A stretch of 64,000 bases of DNA from an uncultured archaeon. GTDB lineage: Archaea > Aenigmatarchaeota > Aenigmatarchaeia > Aenigmatarchaeales > DAIDAN01. The position numbers and the translations under genes were made by a program. This document shows, piece by piece, positions 58,027 through 64,000 of the stretch (position 1 is its first letter; the number at the start of each line of letters is the position of its first letter). The notes under the pieces are model-generated. The model was given only the letters and a program-made list of their open reading frames with translations. It was not told the origin of the DNA and made no database searches. The stretch covers positions 6,585-70,584 of the forward strand of contig CAZJGC010000001.1 of NCBI GenBank assembly GCA_964545795.1. The letters are read 5' to 3'.

Positions 58027-58335
58027 TTACCCCATCTTCTCTCTTATCTTCTTCATAGAGGTAAAGAGTCCATATATTGCATAAGCAAACAATACAGACC
58101 CAATAATAACACTAATTTGCTGTATCACGAATCTGACATTATCTGTGATAATATGCAAGTCCCATGGAATCATTGCCCATTGATGTATTGCTAAGAATGT
58201 TGCTGATATAACCAACGCCAGCCAATATTTTTCGTTCTTTGTTTCTTTGGATAATTTAAATGCATAATATACAACAACAAGAAACCCTAATGACCCTAAA
58301 AGGATTAGAACCTGAAAAAATAGACTTATGTCCAT
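58027..58335 (-). CDS. hypothetical membrane protein
   Basis: 102 aa, 3 TM. Confidence 0.45.
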   Translation of the reverse strand: MDISLFFQVLILLGSLGFLVVVYYAFKLSKETKNEKYWLALVISATFLAIHQWAMIPWDLHIITDNVRFVIQQISVIIGSVLFAYAIYGLFTSMKKIREKMG

Positions 58336-58444
58336 TATAACACCTTCTATATATTTATTTTATGTATTTTTCTTATTTATATTAAGGTTACATTATAGTA
58401 ACATTTATAAATGTGTAATGTTTATTGAATATGTGGTGTTAAAA

Positions 58445-58870
58445 ATGGAAAAAGAAGATGCAGTTAAATTGATTTTAGTTCTGGCGGCAACTGTAGTTCT
58501 TGGGTTTGGCTTACTAAAAATATATAATTCATTTTACTCTTCTGATACCTCTGCAACACTTCAAACTCAGGCAAATGAAATTGCTTCTGGAGAAATTAAA
58601 GAAATTGTAATTAAAGGCAATGAATACAGTTTCACTCCGTCTGTCATTAAACTGAATAAAGGCGACAGAGTTAGAATTATATTTCAAAACACAGGCTCAA
58701 TAGCACATAACTTTGTTATAAACCAATTAGGTATTATATCAAGAACTATTGGTCCGGGACAGAGTGAAACAATAGAATTTATAGCAGACAAGACAGGGAA
58801 CTTTGAGTTTGAATGTTCTCTTCCAGGACATGCTTCCGCCGGAATGACAGGCAGAGTAACTATAGAATAG
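58445..58870 (+). CDS. membrane-anchored cupredoxin (plastocyanin/halocyanin-like blue copper protein)
   Basis: Internal ATG at 58445 with a TM anchor. Type-1 Cu ligand pattern H (AHNF) ... C-x2-PGH-x4-M (ECSLPGHASAGM). Confidence 0.65.
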   Translation: MEKEDAVKLILVLAATVVLGFGLLKIYNSFYSSDTSATLQTQANEIASGEIKEIVIKGNEYSFTPSVIKLNKGDRVRIIFQNTGSIAHNFVINQLGIISRTIGPGQSETIEFIADKTGNFEFECSLPGHASAGMTGRVTIE

Positions 58871-58878
58871 GTGAAAAA

Positions 58879-59541
58879 ATGAAAAATAAAAGCAACAAAC
58901 TATACAGCTATTTAATAATAATATTTGCAGCATATATTTTATTTACTTCGCAGCTTAATTTATCAGTTGCCGGATTAGGCATAAATATTATAGCTGGAAA
59001 CTCTGTTGATTCGCCAACAGGTATAGCTTCTCTGCCTGCAGGCGCTTCTGAAAGCGATGTTGTTTCTGCGATTCTCCCGCAGGATAAAGACATTAATAGG
59101 CCGTATTCATGGAAGGGTAAAACTGTAACATTAACTGCTTATCAACCTGGAAATGGCTATGATATGCTTGTGGACATGGAAAGATCAATATCAGTGAATT
59201 CTTTGGCTGCTGATCAAAAATCCAGATATAATAATTTAATTATGAAAATTTATCATCCTTGCTGCAATGCTCCTGTGGGCGCATGCGGATGCAAGCATGC
59301 TGTTGCTGTAAGAGGTTTAATTAAAAAGTTGTTGCAGGAAGGCTGGACAGATAAACAGATACTAAATGAAGTATTCTTGTGGTTGAGGTTCTGGTGGCCA
59401 AAGCACTATGCAATTATGGCTACTTATCTTGTTTCGCAGGGTGCAGACCCAAGCGAAGTAAGCTTAGAGGAATGGGTAGGAGAGAAGATGTCAACACTTA
59501 GAGCAGGAAGAGCCGCAGCAGCTCAATTAGGAATATCATGA
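58879..59541 (+). CDS. hypothetical membrane-anchored protein with Cys cluster (HPCCNAPVGACGCKH)
   Basis: ATG at 58879 after a GGTGA RBS. Single TM, then a domain with a C-C-x6-C-x-C-x-H cluster suggesting metal binding. Confidence 0.45.
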   Translation: MKNKSNKLYSYLIIIFAAYILFTSQLNLSVAGLGINIIAGNSVDSPTGIASLPAGASESDVVSAILPQDKDINRPYSWKGKTVTLTAYQPGNGYDMLVDMERSISVNSLAADQKSRYNNLIMKIYHPCCNAPVGACGCKHAVAVRGLIKKLLQEGWTDKQILNEVFLWLRFWWPKHYAIMATYLVSQGADPSEVSLEEWVGEKMSTLRAGRAAAAQLGIS

Positions 59542-59570
59542 TTATAAAAATATATGGAGGGGGATAAAAA

Positions 59571-59789
59571 ATGGAAAAAAACAATATGATATTGTTAGGC
59601 GTGCTGGCACTAATGATAGTAATATCTGCAGCGCAAGCCCTTCAATTCAATGCGCTATCAAACAGCCTAAATGACTTGAAAGTCAGCGGGGCTGTGTCAA
59701 CTGTACCACTAGCATCATCTGGACCAAGCAATAGCGCAAGCGTATCAAGCGTATTGTCAAACCTGCCAACACAAGTGGGCGGTTGCTAA
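59571..59789 (+). CDS. small secreted/anchored peptide ending in GGC
   Basis: 72 aa. N-terminal hydrophobic helix, a Ser/Ala/Asn-rich low-complexity body, C-terminal VGGC. Preceded by a GGAGGGGGA RBS. Confidence 0.35.
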   Translation: MEKNNMILLGVLALMIVISAAQALQFNALSNSLNDLKVSGAVSTVPLASSGPSNSASVSSVLSNLPTQVGGC

Positions 59790-59825
59790 TAAATAAAGGG
59801 AAAGAAGAAAGGAAAGGTTGATATT

Positions 59826-61310
59826 ATGAAAAAAGAACAGACTGCTCAAAGAAAATGTACAAAAAAGGAAAGAACTAAACATAAAACCAATCAAGAAAAT
59901 AAATGGACTTACAGGCTTTTAGCAGTTTTGGGAACTGTAATTCTATTTACCTTCCTTTCTTCTATGAATTTTTATGCTGCATTCACAGGAAAAGTTATAG
60001 AAATTAAACAGGAACTTGAGCCAGCTGAAATTGAAATAACAAAAATATCTCTCTCAAATTGCGATGACTGTTTTAATATAAGTTCTATAATAAGCAATAT
60101 AAAACAGCAGAACGTTAAAATAAAAAACGAAAAAACACTTGATTTTTCTTTGCAAGAAGCTAAAAATCTAATAGAAAGATACGGGATTAAGAAACTTCCC
60201 GCAATTATTGTTACAGGTGAAGTTAATAAATCTGCGGTTTATGGGTTTTTTAATTCAATCGGAGAAATAAGAGACAGCGCGTTTATTTTAACCAGCCAGG
60301 AACCTCCGTTCTACGACATTCAAGAAAAAAGGGTTATCGGAAGGGTTGAAATCATAAAACTGATTGATAACTCATGCTTAAATTGCTTTGATATGGAAAC
60401 TGTAGTTTCTCTTTTCAAACGAGCAGGGGTCACGATATCAGATGAAAAGAATGTAATGTATGACTCTGTGGAAGGCAGAAACCTAATTCAGAAATATGGA
60501 ATAAAAGAAATACCTGCCTTGATAGTATCAAAGGATATAACACAGTATAATTCTTTGCAACAAATATGGTCCCGCTTAAATGCTGCTGAAAAAAATGGCT
60601 TCTACGTGCTTCATGCTTTGCGACCTCCTTTCAGGGATTTGTTGCAAAATAAAATAGTTGGTCTAGTAGATTTAGTAATGCTGGAAGATAAAGCCTGTTT
60701 GCAATGCTACAATGTCTCTATTAACAAACAAATTTTAGCAAGATTTGGAATTTTCCCAATTACCGAAGAAACTTATGATATAAACTCAACTAAAGGGAAG
60801 GAATTAATCTCAAAATATAATATAGAAAAAGTTCCGATAATCCTACTGTCTCCGGAAGCCAAAGTTTATAATTCATTTGCGCAAGTCTGGAAACAGGTTG
60901 GCGATGTTGAAGATGATGGATGGTTTGTAATGAGAAATCCGGAATTATTAGGAGTTGTTAAAAACTTAACAACAGGAGAATTAATTGACTTGCGTTCTCA
61001 GCCGCAGCAAACCCAGCAGCAACCTCAACAAGAAAGCAAACAAGAAGTAAGAGAAATAAAGATTGACCTTTCAAATTATAAGTTTGAGCCGTCTTCTATC
61101 ACTGTAAAAAAAGGTGAAAAAATAAAGTTAATTCTGACAAGCAAAGATATTTATCATACATTCACTGTCGATGAACTGGGCATTAACATAGAGGTATTCC
61201 CAGGCCAGACTGTAACAAAAGAAATAGTGCCAAACAAGAGCGGAACATTTAAGTTGTACTGCGTTCCTCATGAAAGTCTTGGCATGGTCGGAGAGTTTAG
61301 CGTAGAATGA
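59826..61310 (+). CDS. membrane-anchored protein with three tandem thioredoxin-like CxxC modules and a C-terminal cupredoxin domain
   Basis: TM anchor. Three ~95-aa repeats, each with a CxxC (CDDC, CLNC, CLQC) and a YGI-K/E-x-PA-IV thioredoxin-fold signature. C-terminal type-1 Cu pattern (H...YCVPHESLGM). Confidence 0.6.
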   Translation: MKKEQTAQRKCTKKERTKHKTNQENKWTYRLLAVLGTVILFTFLSSMNFYAAFTGKVIEIKQELEPAEIEITKISLSNCDDCFNISSIISNIKQQNVKIKNEKTLDFSLQEAKNLIERYGIKKLPAIIVTGEVNKSAVYGFFNSIGEIRDSAFILTSQEPPFYDIQEKRVIGRVEIIKLIDNSCLNCFDMETVVSLFKRAGVTISDEKNVMYDSVEGRNLIQKYGIKEIPALIVSKDITQYNSLQQIWSRLNAAEKNGFYVLHALRPPFRDLLQNKIVGLVDLVMLEDKACLQCYNVSINKQILARFGIFPITEETYDINSTKGKELISKYNIEKVPIILLSPEAKVYNSFAQVWKQVGDVEDDGWFVMRNPELLGVVKNLTTGELIDLRSQPQQTQQQPQQESKQEVREIKIDLSNYKFEPSSITVKKGEKIKLILTSKDIYHTFTVDELGINIEVFPGQTVTKEIVPNKSGTFKLYCVPHESLGMVGEFSVE

Positions 61311-61876
61311 ATAAGAGGCTTGATAAGATGGAAAGAATTGTCTGCAAACACTGTGGCAAGAAATTCAGGTCTGAGGATTCTTTGCATCAACATAAGCAAG
61401 CCAGACATCAAGAAGAACTAAAAGGGATTTTTCATTTAAGTTCAGAAGGAAAAATAAAGATAAAAAGAACTGGAGTCTATTTAGGAGTTTTAGTTTTAAT
61501 TGCCTATGGCGTCTATCTTGGAATTGTCAACATAAAAACATATCCGCCAACTTCTCCGCAGGGTCATGTTGAGTCCTATCCGCCTTATAGAATAATGAAC
61601 GAACCAATACCAGAACCCATTCAAAAACATATATTGGAACATGTCTCTTCAGCTTCCGGAAACAGACCAGGAGTTTTAGTCCAATACAATTGCGAAAAAT
61701 TTAAATGCGAACAGGGCCTGATAGATAAGCTGGAAAGTATAGTGAAGAAATACGACTATGTTTATCTTGCTCCTTATCCCCAAATGGATGCTAAAATTGC
61801 TTTAACAAAAGCTGGAAAATTAGAAATTCTGGACAAATTCAACGAAGAAAGAATTATTAGATTTATTGGAGGTTGA
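61307..61876 (+). CDS. membrane-tethered protein with cytoplasmic C2H2 zinc finger and extracytoplasmic domain
   Basis: CKHCGKKFRSEDSLHQHKQARH (C-x2-C-x12-H-x3-H), one TM helix, and a ~110-aa C-terminal domain with CxxxxC. Confidence 0.5.
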   Translation: MNKRLDKMERIVCKHCGKKFRSEDSLHQHKQARHQEELKGIFHLSSEGKIKIKRTGVYLGVLVLIAYGVYLGIVNIKTYPPTSPQGHVESYPPYRIMNEPIPEPIQKHILEHVSSASGNRPGVLVQYNCEKFKCEQGLIDKLESIVKKYDYVYLAPYPQMDAKIALTKAGKLEILDKFNEERIIRFIGG

Positions 61877-62336
61877 TAGCATGAACATAAATAAAACACC
61901 AAGTTTCATAAAAAATATAAACATGTTGGCATCTTTATTAAAAAATCAACTTAATCTGCTTTTACTTCTTGCAATTATCATAAGCTTGGAGTTATTTCTT
62001 ATTTATGGGAAGATGATTAAATCTGCTTTAGATTATTTCCTTTTTGGCACTATTTCAACTCTTGCCGGGCTAATAATAGTAATTTCAGTGCATAAAGTAA
62101 GAACAAGCAGGTCATGCAGCATAAAAGAAGTTGGAAGCGGTTCTGCCGGGCTGTTTTTGGGAATTTTTGCTCAAATGCCGGTTTGCTGCGCTCCTATAAC
62201 CCTTGCTATGTTTGGGCTAACAGGAGCTTCTGTCTTTCTGGCTCAATACGGCGGCTGGCTAATTTATCTGAGCATAGCTATATTGAGCTTTGCGCTTGTG
62301 CAGTCAATAAAAACTTTAGAGAGGATAAGAGTATGA
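61866..62336 (+). CDS. hypothetical polytopic membrane protein (PVCCAP motif)
   Basis: 156 aa, 4 TM; overlaps the downstream ccdA start by 4 nt. Confidence 0.4.
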   Translation: MEVDSMNINKTPSFIKNINMLASLLKNQLNLLLLLAIIISLELFLIYGKMIKSALDYFLFGTISTLAGLIIVISVHKVRTSRSCSIKEVGSGSAGLFLGIFAQMPVCCAPITLAMFGLTGASVFLAQYGGWLIYLSIAILSFALVQSIKTLERIRV

Positions 62337-63292
62337 AAACAAGAAGGATAGGAATTATGCTTATGAGTCTTTCATTGCTATTGTTTATACTGCCCTCAGC
62401 TGTTTCAGCCACAAACCATCAAGTCTTTGGAAATATACAGCAGGCACAGCAACAATATATGCAACTTATCCAAAATGTTTCGTTGTTAGTAGCGTTTCTT
62501 GGAGGCATGCTATCTTTCTTAACACCTTGTGTAATTGGCATATTGCCTGCATATTTTGCATATGTTTTTCAGGAAAAGAAAGAACTAGTAAAAATGACTC
62601 TGTTTTTCTTCTTAGGGCTTATGGTTATTTTTATTCCAATTGGCCTTACAGCCTCATTCATAGGAAACCTGCTTATAATTTATAGAGAATCGCTGGCAAT
62701 TGCCGCAGGCGTATTGCTGTTTATTCTCGGCATTTTAATGATTCTTGGAAAAGGATTTTCATTCATTCCAATAAAAATGAAATCCCAAAGAAGTTCTCTT
62801 GGCATCTTTTTGTTTGGCATACTATTTGGAATTGGTTTTACTCCATGCAATGGGCCAATTCTTCTTGCTATTACCACATTAGCAGCGACTCAAACAATCT
62901 TTTATTCCGTAGCAATGTTTATACTTTATGGACTAGGAATGGCAATACCTTTGCTTGTCCTCTCATTTTTCTTTGATAGATTCAAAGTAATAGAAAAATT
63001 AGCTAAAGGGCATATGAAATTTACTTTCTTAGGAAAGGAGTTCAAAACCCATTGGACAGGCATTGTTTCCGGAGTGCTCTTCATAACCATTGGGCTTGTT
63101 TTTGTTGTTTTCAGAAACACAACCATATTCACTATTAAACTTGCCCAGCTTGGCTACCCATTAAGATGGGCTTACTCACTGCAAGAACAGATGATTAGAA
63201 GCCCTGTATTAGCAAATGCTCTTGCAGTAATCGGAATTGTTGTATTAGCACTCTTACTTTACTTCGCATATAAAACTTACAAAAGAAAGTAA
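62333..63292 (+). CDS. ccdA: CcdA/DsbD-family thiol:disulfide transmembrane electron transporter
   Basis: Internal ATG at 62333 with a signal sequence. DsbD-core signature (LSFLTPCVIGILPAYF) and a second conserved Cys (FTPCNGPIL). Confidence 0.7.
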   Translation: MKTRRIGIMLMSLSLLLFILPSAVSATNHQVFGNIQQAQQQYMQLIQNVSLLVAFLGGMLSFLTPCVIGILPAYFAYVFQEKKELVKMTLFFFLGLMVIFIPIGLTASFIGNLLIIYRESLAIAAGVLLFILGILMILGKGFSFIPIKMKSQRSSLGIFLFGILFGIGFTPCNGPILLAITTLAATQTIFYSVAMFILYGLGMAIPLLVLSFFFDRFKVIEKLAKGHMKFTFLGKEFKTHWTGIVSGVLFITIGLVFVVFRNTTIFTIKLAQLGYPLRWAYSLQEQMIRSPVLANALAVIGIVVLALLLYFAYKTYKRK

Positions 63293-63296
63293 TCAT

Positions 63297-63647
63297 ATGA
63301 AAAAATGGAACACATTGCCAATATCTTTTGCTTTGGGTATGTTAATTTTAGTATTTATAATAAACTTTACTAGTCAAAAGCAACAGGATAATTCAGATTT
63401 TGGTGAATCTTGCTTTGATAGAAGCACAGACAATTACCTTAGAGATATATGCGAAAAAATAAAAAATAGCAAAGAAAGAGATAGATGTTATTATGAAAAG
63501 GCTATCTTAGAGGGTTATACTAGAATTTGCCACTTGATTGAAAACAGAACAATGAAGCAAAAATGCGTAAGAAGTGTTAATATAATTCTTTCAAATAACG
63601 AAACACTGAAGCAAAGAGCGGAACAGTTTAATCCTTGTAAGATTTAA
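63297..63647 (+). CDS. small secreted Cys-rich protein
   Basis: 116 aa, signal anchor, 7 Cys. Confidence 0.45.
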   Translation: MKKWNTLPISFALGMLILVFIINFTSQKQQDNSDFGESCFDRSTDNYLRDICEKIKNSKERDRCYYEKAILEGYTRICHLIENRTMKQKCVRSVNIILSNNETLKQRAEQFNPCKI

Positions 63648-63657
63648 GGTGAGTGTT

Positions 63658-64000
63658 ATGAGAACAAAAATAAGATATTTAATGATAGGTATTTTTTCAA
63701 GCATGATTTTTCTACTGTTATTTGGCATAGTGACAGACTTAATTCCTAATCCTTGGTTCATTAGAATGGTTGGAAAAACATCGCTTGATTATTTCTTCTT
63801 AATTACTAGCTCTGTATTATTGGGCAGCTACATAGCAGTCCACCTTTATAAAAAGGACACCGCTGAAAAATGCAAAATTGCAACATATTCAGGCGGTGCT
63901 GGAAGTTTTCTGGCATTTGGCTGCCCGATTTGCAATAAATTGTTAGTTCTCTTGTTTAGTGCGACAACACTAATGACTTATTTTGAACCATACAGGCCAG
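63658..64000 (+). CDS. hypothetical membrane protein with CPxC motif; 3' end outside the window
   Basis: ATG at 63658 and open to the window end. TM helices and GCPICNKL. Confidence 0.4.
   Translation, partial: MRTKIRYLMIGIFSSMIFLLLFGIVTDLIPNPWFIRMVGKTSLDYFFLITSSVLLGSYIAVHLYKKDTAEKCKIATYSGGAGSFLAFGCPICNKLLVLLFSATTLMTYFEPYRP

Noticed and set aside
1-64000. CRISPR arrays, rRNA genes, IS transposases
   Set aside because: No regularly spaced direct repeats, no rRNA-like conserved stretches and no transposase-like ORFs were seen.

Overview
The window is a low-GC (about one-third G+C) archaeal chromosomal segment. Gene content and the r-protein extensions suggest a small-genome DPANN-like archaeon, but that is inference from composition and gene content only.

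Backbone:
- The tail of the RNA polymerase operon (rpoB C-terminal part, rpoA1, rpoA2, L30e, NusA) lies at 9-7088.
- The L15-SecY-Adk-DUF106-L34e-L14e block sits at 11.9-15.8 kb, detached from the main r-protein operon.
- The main operon (uL3 to uL30, with aSUI1 and RNase P Rpp29 embedded) runs 23.9-35.3 kb.
- An ABC transporter (NitT/TauT family), Cbf5, and housekeeping genes are present (ppsA, rhomboid, Dph2, RpoL, signal peptidase, TFS, P-type ATPase, purF, Trm5-like, ValRS, Elp3).

Non-coding and accessory features:
- An unannotated SRP (7S) RNA lies at ~52475-52752.
- Three tRNA genes (Glu-CUC, Leu-GAG, one unresolved) carry non-canonical insertions in the T-loop.
- The T-loop insertions begin UAAGGG in all three genes, and the Glu and Leu introns share an AGAGCAUG motif plus a family of GGGG-hairpin-CCCC repeats.
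- A ~2 kb cassette (two wHTH genes, a beta-class DNA methyltransferase, a putative nuclease) is bounded by 16-bp imperfect inverted repeats at the point where L15-SecY-Adk would be expected after uL30.
- A paralogous pair of membrane-anchored PKD-domain proteins with HEXXH motifs sits between nusA and L15e.
- A probable extracytoplasmic copper/thiol-redox island occupies the 3' end of the window.
- A TrmB-family regulator is interrupted by an in-frame TGA.

All calls rest on reading motifs and synteny directly from the sequence. No database search or RNA-folding tool was run.
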